Source: Gemmatimonadota bacterium (GTDB taxonomy: Bacteria > Gemmatimonadota > Gemmatimonadetes > Palauibacterales > KS3-K002). From it: 64,000 nucleotides of DNA. Where the stretch lies: NCBI GenBank assembly GCA_039586495.1, contig JBDHKG010000033.1:5689-69688 (forward strand), read 5' to 3'. This document shows, one piece after another, positions 24,903 to 32,899 of the stretch. Each line of letters opens with the position of its first letter. The first letter of the stretch is position 1. The notes beneath the pieces were generated by a model that worked only from the letters and a program-made list of their open reading frames with translations, searched no databases and was not told the DNA's origin. Both the position numbers and the translations under genes were made by a program.

Positions 24903-26576
24903 ATGCTCCGTATCCGTGCTCTACCGGTCCTGGCGCTCATCGCCTGTGCCTGCCGCGCGCCGGCGGACTATGACGTCGTCATACGCGGCGGAACCATCTA
25001 CGACGGCAGTGGCAACGCACCCTTCTTTGCGGACCTCGCGATCGCGGGAGACACCATCGCGGCCATCGGCTCACTGGAGGGCGCTCGGGGCCGGATGGAG
25101 ATGGACGCCGGCGGGCTGGCCGTCGCCCCGGGCTTCATCAACATGCTGAGTTGGGCCACGGAGTCGCTGATCGAGGATCGGCGGTCCCAGAGCGACATTC
25201 GGCAGGGCGTCACCTTGGAGGTGTTCGGTGAGGGGTCGTCAATGGGGCCGCTGAACAACCGCATGAAGCAAGAGGCGCTCGAGCAGCAGGGCGACATCAA
25301 GTACGAGATCGAATGGACGACACTAGGGGAGTACCTCGACTACCTCGTTGAGCGGGGGGTCAGCTCCAACGTGGCCTCGTTCGTGGGGGCGACGACCGTG
25401 CGGATCCATGTTCTCGGCTACGAGGACCGACCACCCACGCCGGAGGAGCTGGAGGAGATGCGGGAGCTCGTGCGTCAGGGGATGGAGGAGGGGGCGGTGG
25501 GGCTCGGCTCCTCGCTCATCTACACTCCCGCCTTCTACGCCGACATCGACGAGCTGATCGAGCTCGCCAAAGTCGCGGCCGAGTACGGCGGGATGTACAT
25601 CTCGCACCTGCGCAGTGAGGGGAACCAGCTGCTGGAGGCGCTGGAGGAGTTCATCACGATCGCCCGTGAGGCAGCGATCCCCGCAGAGATCTACCATCTG
25701 AAGGCGGCAGGCCAGGCCAACTGGGCCAAGCTGGATGCCGTGATCAAACGGGTGGAGCGGGCGCGGGCCGAGGGGCTGCACATTACCGCGGACATGTACA
25801 CGTACACGGCCGGCGCCACCGGCCTCAACGCCGCCATGCCGCCCTGGGTGCAGGAAGGTGGACACCGCGAGTGGGTGGAGCGGCTTAAGGACCCTGTGAT
25901 CCGGGCGCGGGTCGTGGAAGAGATGAGGACCCCCACCGATCAGTGGGAGAATCTCTACCTGGCTGCGGGCACGCCGGAGAACGTGCTGCTCGTCGGCTTC
26001 AAGAGCGAGGCGCTGAAGCCGCTGACCGGAAAGACCCTCGCCGAGGTCGCGGCCATGCGGGGGACGTCGCCCGAGGAGACGGCGATCGATCTCGTCATTG
26101 AAGACGACAGCAGTGTGGGAACCGTGTATTTCATCATGTCGGAGGAGAACGTCAAGAAGAAGATCGCCCAGCCCTGGGTGAGCCTCTGTTCCGACGCGGA
26201 ATCGCTGGCGCCTGAGGGCGTCTTCCTCCAGTCGAACCCGCACCCGCGGGCCTACGGCAGCTTCGCGCGGCTGGCGGGTAAGTACGTGCGAGAGGAGAAG
26301 GTCATAGCGCTCGAGGAGGCGGTACGCCGCCTCACCTCGCTGCCGGCGTCCAACCTGGGGATCGCGCGGCGTGGCTCCCTGAGCCCGGGTTACTTCGCCG
26401 ACGTGGTCGTTTTCGATCCGTCGACGATCAGTGACCACGCTACCTTCAGCCAGCCGCACCAGTACGCCAGCGGCGTGCTGCACGTGTTCGTGAACGGCAC
26501 CCAGGTGCTGAAGGACGGCGAGCACACCGGAGCGACGCCAGGTCGGGTGGTGCGCCGCGCTCGCCAGAGCTACTAG
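24903..26576 (+). CDS. N-acyl-D-amino-acid deacylase (D-aminoacylase) family amidohydrolase
   Basis: Internal ATG at 24903 gives signal-like MLRIRALPVLALIACAC, followed by DVVIRGGTIYDGSGNAPFFADLAIAGDTIAAIG and the amidohydrolase fold (ISHLRSEG, DMYTY). Confidence 0.8.
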   Translation: MLRIRALPVLALIACACRAPADYDVVIRGGTIYDGSGNAPFFADLAIAGDTIAAIGSLEGARGRMEMDAGGLAVAPGFINMLSWATESLIEDRRSQSDIRQGVTLEVFGEGSSMGPLNNRMKQEALEQQGDIKYEIEWTTLGEYLDYLVERGVSSNVASFVGATTVRIHVLGYEDRPPTPEELEEMRELVRQGMEEGAVGLGSSLIYTPAFYADIDELIELAKVAAEYGGMYISHLRSEGNQLLEALEEFITIAREAAIPAEIYHLKAAGQANWAKLDAVIKRVERARAEGLHITADMYTYTAGATGLNAAMPPWVQEGGHREWVERLKDPVIRARVVEEMRTPTDQWENLYLAAGTPENVLLVGFKSEALKPLTGKTLAEVAAMRGTSPEETAIDLVIEDDSSVGTVYFIMSEENVKKKIAQPWVSLCSDAESLAPEGVFLQSNPHPRAYGSFARLAGKYVREEKVIALEEAVRRLTSLPASNLGIARRGSLSPGYFADVVVFDPSTISDHATFSQPHQYASGVLHVFVNGTQVLKDGEHTGATPGRVVRRARQSY

Positions 26577-26969
26577 AGACACCGGGTGCCGAGCGGGGTC
26601 GCCATCTCACCGCTCTGGCGCGACAGCTCCGAGGTGTAGAGCGGCAGGGCCGCACAGGCACCGTGGCTCCAAGTCTGTTGTCTGGACAGAAGATGACACC
26701 ACGGCCGACTACGGGATGCCATTCGCTCGCATTCGATCGATGGTGCCGTCACTGCTCCGGACAATGCTCGTAAGCCGTTGCCTGCCAGCAGGTTACGCGC
26801 GACGTCGATGTACGATACCGAGTCGGGTGATACGCCGACCCCGTGGCGCGTCGCCAGGAGTGTGAGGGCGAGCCCGGCCAGAAGAGGAAGTGTGAGGAGT
26901 GCGCCGGTTCTGTGTGGAGGGTCCTCGTTCCATGCCGAATCCGCGGGCCGGTTCGGCTTTGCCCCACAC

Positions 26970-27254
26970 TCAGAAGCCGATCTGAAAGTCGCCGGGAAGC
27001 TCGTCGGGCGGCGGCAACTCCTCCAGGCGAACCACGTGCGCGCCAGGAGGGCCGGTCTTCAGCCGCTCTGACATCGCCTGCACCGCGTCGGGGGAGCCGG
27101 CGAAGGCGATCTCCACCGTCCCGTCGTAGCAGTTGCGAACGATCCCGCGCAGAGCGAGGCGGCGGCCTTCGCGGTGAGCCCAGAAGCGAAAGCCGACGCC
27201 CTGCACCATGCCGTGAACCTTGAACGCTTTGAAGATCTCTTGATCGGCGCACAT
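26970..27254 (-). CDS. acyP: Acylphosphatase
   Basis: 94 aa. VHGMVQGVGFRFWAHREGRRLALRGIVRNCYDGTVEI is the acylphosphatase signature. Confidence 0.85.
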   Translation of the reverse strand: MCADQEIFKAFKVHGMVQGVGFRFWAHREGRRLALRGIVRNCYDGTVEIAFAGSPDAVQAMSERLKTGPPGAHVVRLEELPPPDELPGDFQIGF

Positions 27255-27296
27255 GAGGGCGTATCACGAGTCAGGTCTGGTTTGGAAAACGCGTTG

Positions 27297-27305
27297 TGCT
27301 AATAT
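27297..27305 (+). promoter_or_regulatory. Possible extended -10 element (TGCTAATAT) upstream of mnmG
   Basis: TGnTAATAT lies 86 nt upstream of the mnmG ATG in the acyP/mnmG divergent spacer. No good -35 element. Confidence 0.25.
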
Positions 27306-27390
27306 GAGCGATCATCGGATCGAGAGCCAACATGTTCTGCGGGCGAGTCTCACGCTCGCGAGCACGCTGCGCTGAGATCGCAGCGATCGG

Positions 27391-29259
27391 ATGGCCGGCA
27401 AGTACGACGTCATAGTGGTGGGTGGCGGCCACGCCGGGTGCGAGGCTGCGGCGGCCGCGGCGCACCTCGGTGCGCGAACGCTTCTCGTCAGCTCCTACCT
27501 GGCGCGGGTGGCGCAGCTGTCGTGTAACCCGGCGATCGGTGGCCTGGCGAAGGGGACGGTGGTGCGGGAGGTGGACGCGCTGGGCGGTCTGATGGGGCGG
27601 GCCACTGATCGAACGTCCATTCAGTTCCGTATGCTCAATCGCCGCAAGGGTCCCGCCGTCTGGGCGCCCCGAGCCCAGTGCGACCGCTGGCTCTACCCTC
27701 GGGCTCTGCGCAGCCTGCTGGAAGCAATCCCCGACCTGGATCTGTTCCAGACCACCGTGAAAAGCCTCCTCCTTGAGGGTGGTCGCGTCGCCGGCGTCGT
27801 TGGGGTGGACCGGTCGGTTTTCCATGGGCGCTACGTGGTGCTCACGGCTGGGACCTTCTTGCGCGGCGGTATTCACATCGGTGGCGGCATCCGCCAGGCG
27901 GCCGGCCGCGCCGGCGACCCTCCGACCATCGAACTCTCCGAGCAGCTCGAGGCGCTGGGTCTCGAGGTCACCCGCTTCAAGACCGGTACGCCACCTCGCG
28001 TGGACGGCCGTACGGTGGACTTCGCGAGGCTCGAGCGGCAGGACGGCGACGCGGACGATTTCCGCTTTTCGTTCTGGGAGCGGGTTGAGCGCCTGCCGCA
28101 GCTCCCCTGCTGGATCGCCTGTGCTGGCGAGGAGGTGAAAGAGATCATCCGCAGGAACCTGGAGCGCTCGGCGCTCTATGGCGGCGCGATCTCCGCCCGC
28201 GGGCCTCGCTACTGCCCGTCCATCGAGGACAAGGTCGTCAAGTTCCCGGACGTGCCGCGCCACCAGCTCTTTCTGGAACCGGAGGGGCTGGAGACAAGCG
28301 AGTTCTACGTCAACGGGTTCGCCACCTCGATGCCACCGGACGTACAGCGCGAGTTCCTGGCGGCGGTACCGGGCCTAGAGCGGGCGAGGATGACGCAGCC
28401 CGGTTATGCTATCGAGTACGACTACTTCCCTCCCCACCAGCTCCACCCGACGCTGGAGGTGAAGGCGCTGCCGGGCCTCTATTTCGCCGGCCAGGTCAAC
28501 GGGACCACGGGCTATGAAGAGGCTGCGGCCCAGGGGATCGCCGCTGGAATCAATGCTGGGCTTGCCGCGCTTGATCGCGAGCCGTGGGTGCTCGACCGCG
28601 ACGAAGCCTACATCGGCGTGCTCATCGATGACCTCGTCACCAAGGGCGTCGACGAGCCCTACCGCCTGTTCACGTCACGGGCGGAGTTCCGGCTGCTGCT
28701 CCGGCAGGACAATGCCTTGCGGCGGCTCGGGCCCCGGGCAGCGCAGCTGGGGCTCCTGAGCGATGCGCAACGGCGGATCCTGGAGACAAAGCTGAAGCGT
28801 GCGGAGGAGGCGGCCGCTTGGGCCTCGCGGACGTTAGTGCGGCCCGAGCTGGTCAACGGCTATCTGGAGGCCCAGGGTACCACGCCGATCGCTGAGCCGA
28901 CGGGCCTGGCCAAGTTGGCGCGCCGGCCAGAGGTCAGCCTCTTGGATCTCCTGGGCCCGGGTGGCCCCTTTGCAAGCAACGGCGCTCCTGACCCGGATGA
29001 GCTCGCAGCGCTGGAGATGGAGATCAAGTATGCCGGCTACGTGGCAAAAGAACGGGCGCGGGCCGAGCGACTCCAGCGGCAGGCAGAGTTCAAGCTGCCG
29101 GCGGACCTTCCCTATCTGGAGTTGGCCAGCCTTTCCACCGAGGCGCGTCAGAAGCTGGAGCGTATCCGCCCTCGGACGCTAGCGCAGGCGGCACGGATTC
29201 CGGGGGTCTCTCCCAGCGACCTCCAGAACCTGATGATGGAGGTGCGCAAGCGTCATTAA
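27391..29259 (+). CDS. mnmG: tRNA uridine 5-carboxymethylaminomethyl modification enzyme MnmG (GidA)
   Basis: 622 aa. FAD motif YDVIVVGGGHAGCEAA, and MnmG-wide similarity (GPRYCPSIEDK, FFAGQVNGTTGYEEAAAQG). Confidence 0.97.
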   Translation: MAGKYDVIVVGGGHAGCEAAAAAAHLGARTLLVSSYLARVAQLSCNPAIGGLAKGTVVREVDALGGLMGRATDRTSIQFRMLNRRKGPAVWAPRAQCDRWLYPRALRSLLEAIPDLDLFQTTVKSLLLEGGRVAGVVGVDRSVFHGRYVVLTAGTFLRGGIHIGGGIRQAAGRAGDPPTIELSEQLEALGLEVTRFKTGTPPRVDGRTVDFARLERQDGDADDFRFSFWERVERLPQLPCWIACAGEEVKEIIRRNLERSALYGGAISARGPRYCPSIEDKVVKFPDVPRHQLFLEPEGLETSEFYVNGFATSMPPDVQREFLAAVPGLERARMTQPGYAIEYDYFPPHQLHPTLEVKALPGLYFAGQVNGTTGYEEAAAQGIAAGINAGLAALDREPWVLDRDEAYIGVLIDDLVTKGVDEPYRLFTSRAEFRLLLRQDNALRRLGPRAAQLGLLSDAQRRILETKLKRAEEAAAWASRTLVRPELVNGYLEAQGTTPIAEPTGLAKLARRPEVSLLDLLGPGGPFASNGAPDPDELAALEMEIKYAGYVAKERARAERLQRQAEFKLPADLPYLELASLSTEARQKLERIRPRTLAQAARIPGVSPSDLQNLMMEVRKRH

Positions 29260-29384
29260 GCGGATTGCCCAAGCTGAAGGGCGGCCCACTCGCGCTTGAC
29301 CGGCTCGCCTTGTTCAGCCCCGCTGCGCAGGGTTGCGGAGGCAGGCCGCCGGACCTTGGCCGTCTGCGGCAGGTTCCCTGCGCA

Positions 29385-29400
29385 CGTTTCACGTGAAACA
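29385..29400. promoter_or_regulatory. parS: parS centromere-like site (15/16 match)
   Basis: CGTTTCACGTGAAACA compared with the consensus palindrome TGTTTCACGTGAAACA. Confidence 0.8.
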
Positions 29401-29452
29401 AGATTCTCGCCCAGAACCCCAAGATGTTGGGGCCCGACAATCGACCGGTCAT

Positions 29453-29478
29453 ATATATAGTACACATATATAGTACAC
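29453..29478. repeat. Tandem direct repeat 2 x 13 bp (ATATATAGTACAC), AT-rich
   Basis: Two perfect adjacent copies read directly from the sequence. They are strongly AT-rich relative to the surroundings. Confidence 0.9.
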
Positions 29479-29643
29479 ACCGCTCTTCTGCGCCTGCCGT
29501 GTGGGTGCCGACGCAAACGCCGGAGCGGGCGAGCTGAGCCTAGGTGCGTGGGGCTGAAGGGCTGTGCCCAGGCGACGGCCTGGCCCTCGCCGTTCTCCCC
29601 TGCGCTTGCCGGACTGTCGTGCTCGGCCGACCTCGCCTCGGGA

Positions 29644-29659
29644 TGTTTCACGTGAAACA
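29644..29659. promoter_or_regulatory. parS: parS centromere-like site (perfect 16-bp palindrome)
   Basis: TGTTTCACGTGAAACA is identical to the ParB-binding consensus. It lies 92 nt upstream of parA. Confidence 0.9.
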
Positions 29660-29689
29660 TAGGCCCTTTCATCAGTTGTGTCGCCTGGG

Positions 29690-29695
29690 TATAAT
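29690..29695 (+). promoter_or_regulatory. Possible parA -10 box (TATAAT)
   Basis: Perfect TATAAT 56 nt upstream of the parA ATG. parS-2 occupies the -35 region, where only a weak -35 (TTTCAT) is present. Confidence 0.3.
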
Positions 29696-29750
29696 GGTTT
29701 TGCGAACCTGAGCCCACCCCGCCCCGCTCCCGTTCGGGCCCGGTGTTCTA

Positions 29751-30548
29751 ATGTCGAGAGTCATCACCATCGCCAATCAGAAGGGCGGCGTCGGGAAGAC
29801 CACCACCGCTATCAACCTCGGTGCCTGCCTCGCGGTCGCCGAACGTTCGACGTTGGTCGTCGATGCCGATCCGCAGGCTAACGCCACCAGCGGCTTCGGC
29901 GTGGATCGCGACCAGCTCGCGCGATCGATCTACGACGTGCTGCTGGAAGGGACGCCGGCGGAAGAGGTTGTGCTGCATGGCGTGCACTTCCCACTGCTCG
30001 ACCTCCTACCCTCGCACCGCGACCTGCTGGGCGCGGAGGTGGCCATGGCTGGGCGCCGGGGTCGGGAGACGCTGCTCCGTGACGCCTTGGCGCCGCTCCG
30101 GGGGCGCTACGAGTACATGATCGTCGACTCGCCGCCCTCGCTTGGCCTGCTGACGATCAACACGCTGGCGGCGGCCGATACGGTGCTGATCCCAATTCAG
30201 TGCGAGTACTACGCCCTCGAGGGGCTCACGCAGCTGCTGAACACGGTGCGGCTGGTACAGCGCAGCCTGAATCCGAGGTTGCAGATTGAGGGCGTTCTTT
30301 TGACAATGTATAGCGACCGGCTCAACCTTTCCCGGCAGGTGGCGGAAGAGGCTCGCGAGTATTTTGGGCCGAAGGTGTTCCGGACCTCTATCCCGCGCAA
30401 CATCCGGCTGGCGGAAGCGCCGAGCTTCGGCAAGCCCATCGTTCTCTACGACGTTCTCTCGTCCGGCGCAGCGAGCTATCTTGCGCTGGCACAGGAACTT
30501 ATGAGCAGGAACGGCAGTGGCCAGAAAGCAACAGAAGCGACTCGGTAA
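29751..30548 (+). CDS. parA: Chromosome partitioning ATPase ParA/Soj
   Basis: Deviant Walker A is IANQKGGVGKTTTAINLGA. Full-length ParA similarity. Confidence 0.95.
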   Translation: MSRVITIANQKGGVGKTTTAINLGACLAVAERSTLVVDADPQANATSGFGVDRDQLARSIYDVLLEGTPAEEVVLHGVHFPLLDLLPSHRDLLGAEVAMAGRRGRETLLRDALAPLRGRYEYMIVDSPPSLGLLTINTLAAADTVLIPIQCEYYALEGLTQLLNTVRLVQRSLNPRLQIEGVLLTMYSDRLNLSRQVAEEAREYFGPKVFRTSIPRNIRLAEAPSFGKPIVLYDVLSSGAASYLALAQELMSRNGSGQKATEATR

Positions 30549-31392
30549 GGGGCTGGGCGCACTCCTTGGAGACTACGTGCAGGAGGAGGGCGCAGAGGCC
30601 CGCGAGTTCGAGCAGCTCCCGGTAGCCGAGCTGCGCCCGAATCCGTTTCAGCCAAGGCAGGGCCTTCCCGACCAGTCCTTTGACGATCTCGTCGCGTCGA
30701 TTCGCGAGAACGGGCTCCTGCAGCCGTTAGTGGCAAGGCCGGCGGCTCACGGGGGCTGGGAGATCGTGGTGGGGGAACGGCGCTGGCGAGCGGTCCAGGT
30801 TCTGAACTGGTCCCACGTTCCGGCGTTAGTGCGGGACGTGGACGATCGGACCACGCTCGTGATGGCCCTCATCGAGAACCTGCAGCGCGAGGATCTCAGC
30901 CCGCTTGATGAGGCCCATGCCTATCGGCGGCTGATCGACGAGTTCGACCTCACCCAAGGTCAGGTGGCTGAGCGAGTGGGCCGCGACCGCTCGACCGTGG
31001 CCAATACCATCCGTTTGCTCGGGCTGCCCGGGCGCGTTCGCGAATTACTGGCCGCGGGCAAGATCTCGGCGGGGCACGCTCGCGCACTGCTCGGCCTGGA
31101 GGATGAGACGCGGGTGATCCAGCTGGCGCAGGCAGCGGCAGAGCAGGGGCTTTCCGTTCGCGAGGTCGAGCGCCGGGTGCGGCAGGGCCGGACCGACGGG
31201 ACGGACGCTCCGCTGCCTACGCCGAGCGTGCCGAGCAGGCGTTGGCTCGCGCACTGGGCACGGCGGTGCATGTCAAGCTGGATGGGGCGAACCGCGGTCG
31301 GATCGAAATCCCATTTCGGGACGCCGAGGACTTCGAGCGCATCGTGGAGATCATCGTCGGTGTTGGCGGTATCGTCTGAGGCACGAAGATGA
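30517..31392 (+). CDS. parB: Chromosome partitioning protein ParB/Spo0J (last ~60 codons of the listed ORF are out of frame; canonical C-terminus ends at 31379 in another frame)
   Basis: RLGKGLGALL, the ParB box GERRWRA, and the HTH QGQVAERVGRDRSTVANTIRLL. After ...VERRVRQGRTDG the listed frame becomes Trp/Ser/Arg junk. The frame offset by 2 nt reads AYAERAEQALARALGTAVHVKLDGANRGRIEIPFRDAEDFERIVEIIVGVGGIV-stop. Confidence 0.85.
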   Translation: MARKQQKRLGKGLGALLGDYVQEEGAEAREFEQLPVAELRPNPFQPRQGLPDQSFDDLVASIRENGLLQPLVARPAAHGGWEIVVGERRWRAVQVLNWSHVPALVRDVDDRTTLVMALIENLQREDLSPLDEAHAYRRLIDEFDLTQGQVAERVGRDRSTVANTIRLLGLPGRVRELLAAGKISAGHARALLGLEDETRVIQLAQAAAEQGLSVREVERRVRQGRTDGTDAPLPTPSVPSRRWLAHWARRCMSSWMGRTAVGSKSHFGTPRTSSASWRSSSVLAVSSEARR

Positions 31393-32177
31393 AAGACAGC
31401 GAAGGCGGCTACACCATAGTCCTCGTTCCCAGCGATACGCAGCGTACCCGCAGCCTGCGGCTGTCCCCGAGGGGGCTGCGGATCGCGGCTGCGCTGGCCA
31501 CGGGCGGCGGTCTGGCGCTTACAGTGCTGCTGGGCAGCTGGTGGTACTTCGCCGCACAGACCGTGCGCATCCCCGAGCTCAAGCGGCAGATCGCGCAACT
31601 GGAGGCCGACAACGCCAAGGTCGAGCAGCTAGCCGAGAACATGGGCCGCCTGCAGGCAGAGTACGCGAAGATCCGGAGCATGTTGGGGGCCGACGTCCTC
31701 GCGTCCGGCGTGACTCCGGAGATCCTGCCTGCGGACGAGCCGGCGATGTTTGATGAGGGCTCGGCGCGGACGGGGCTCTCCCCGGAGATCCCCACCAGCT
31801 GGCCGTTGGCGACCGCCGGCTTCGTGACCCAGGTGCTGGAGCAGGCGCAGGTGGGAACTCATCCGGGCATCGACATCGCGGTAGCCCAGCACTCGTATGT
31901 CCGCGCCGCCGGCGCCGGCGTCGTCAGCGAGGCCGGCTTTGACTCGATCTACGGCTTCTACGTACTGCTTGAGCACGGCAACACCGGTTACAGCACCATG
32001 TACGGGCACGCCTCGCGCCTCTTCGTTGCCCCGGGCGACGCGATTCGTCAGAATCAGGTCATCGCCCTGTCGGGCAACACCGGACGCTCGACCGCCCCGC
32101 ACCTGCACTTCGAGATCCTGCAGGACGGCGTGCCCATCGACCCGTTCACCCTGGTTCAGCAGAGGACCGGTACCTGA
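31389..32177 (+). CDS. M23-family metallopeptidase (LytM/peptidoglycan endopeptidase-like)
   Basis: TM segment and coiled coil at the N-terminus. M23 motifs are HPGIDIA, YGHASRLFVAPGD, GNTGRSTAPHLHFEI. Confidence 0.85.
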   Translation: MKDSEGGYTIVLVPSDTQRTRSLRLSPRGLRIAAALATGGGLALTVLLGSWWYFAAQTVRIPELKRQIAQLEADNAKVEQLAENMGRLQAEYAKIRSMLGADVLASGVTPEILPADEPAMFDEGSARTGLSPEIPTSWPLATAGFVTQVLEQAQVGTHPGIDIAVAQHSYVRAAGAGVVSEAGFDSIYGFYVLLEHGNTGYSTMYGHASRLFVAPGDAIRQNQVIALSGNTGRSTAPHLHFEILQDGVPIDPFTLVQQRTGT

Positions 32178-32188
32178 CATTCGAGAAC

Positions 32189-32668
32189 ATGCTTGGACGC
32201 GGCAAGAAAACGCCTGAGGAGAAGCGAACACCTATGACGAAACCCGAGCGTGACACCGCAGAGGGCGCCATCTCGCTCATCGCACCCGGTATGAAGATCG
32301 TCGGTGACTGTGAGACCGACGGAACGATTCGCATCGAGGGCCGTATCGAGGGAACGATCCGCGCGGGCAAGTCGGTGGTCGTCGGACGCAGTGGGGAAGT
32401 GATCGGCGACATCTTCACCCAGGACGCGGTCATCAGCGGCCGCGTGTCCGGTAATATCGCCGCCGAGAGCCGGCTGGAGTTGCAGTCCACCTGTGACATC
32501 CAGGGAGAGCTGCGGAGCCGCCGCGTTCAGTTGGACGAGGGCGCCCGCTTCAACGGACAGGTTCATATGGAGGAGGCCGGCGGCTCGCGGGTCATCAAGC
32601 CAGTGTTGAAACCCACTGAGGCAAGCGCGGCAGCGAGCAAGTCGGAGAGCCCACCGGCAGTTGGCTAG
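32189..32668 (+). CDS. Bactofilin (polymer-forming cytoskeletal protein, DUF583)
   Basis: Repetitive beta-helix pattern: IVGDCETDGTIRIEGRIEGTIRAGKSVVVGRSGEVIGDIFTQDAVISGRVSGNIAAESRLELQSTCDIQGEL. Confidence 0.85.
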   Translation: MLGRGKKTPEEKRTPMTKPERDTAEGAISLIAPGMKIVGDCETDGTIRIEGRIEGTIRAGKSVVVGRSGEVIGDIFTQDAVISGRVSGNIAAESRLELQSTCDIQGELRSRRVQLDEGARFNGQVHMEEAGGSRVIKPVLKPTEASAAASKSESPPAVG

Positions 32669-32757
32669 ACTGCGGGCGGAGCGTTGCCGCGCCTCTTGCA
32701 ATTCACGGGCGGCTGGCGGGTTGTGGCCGCCCGAGCCATTTCTAGGCCACCCGTGAG

Positions 32758-32800
32758 TTTTCCACGGCGTTTTCCGGTTTCCACACACCGCTGTGGAAAG
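32758..32800. promoter_or_regulatory. Cluster of DnaA-box-like / TTTCC motifs, including an inverted repeat with 8-bp arms
   Basis: TTTTCCACG (32758-32766), GTTTCCACA (32777-32785) and TGTGGAAAG (32792-32800). The arms TTTCCACA and TGTGGAAA are separated by 6 nt. Confidence 0.35.
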
Positions 32801-32899
32801 AGGAAACTTTCCGCTGCGTCCGGACTATCAACTAGTCCGCTTGTCCGATTCGCCGGACGCGGAAGGGCACGGCAGCCGAGGGAAGGGAGCTAGCGGGCG

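Noticed and set aside
25323-26582. 419-aa antisense ORF opposite the D-aminoacylase gene. Similar long shadows are 9652..10716, 10961..11992, 13338..14420, 21885..22712, 27271..28263, 43760..44965, 53959..55512 and 60068..60874
   Set aside because: Each lies antisense to a gene with clear family motifs. They are Arg/Leu/His/Pro-rich with no recognisable motifs. Long stop-free antisense frames are expected at this GC content.
29453-29478. Possible CRISPR or mini-satellite
   Set aside because: There are only two directly adjacent 13-bp units, with no spacers and no cas genes. It is reported as a simple tandem repeat.
29256-29717. 153-aa minus-strand ORF spanning the mnmG-parA spacer
   Set aside because: It runs across both parS palindromes and the AT-rich tandem repeat, has a junk-like composition, and has no RBS. 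The region is treated as non-coding.
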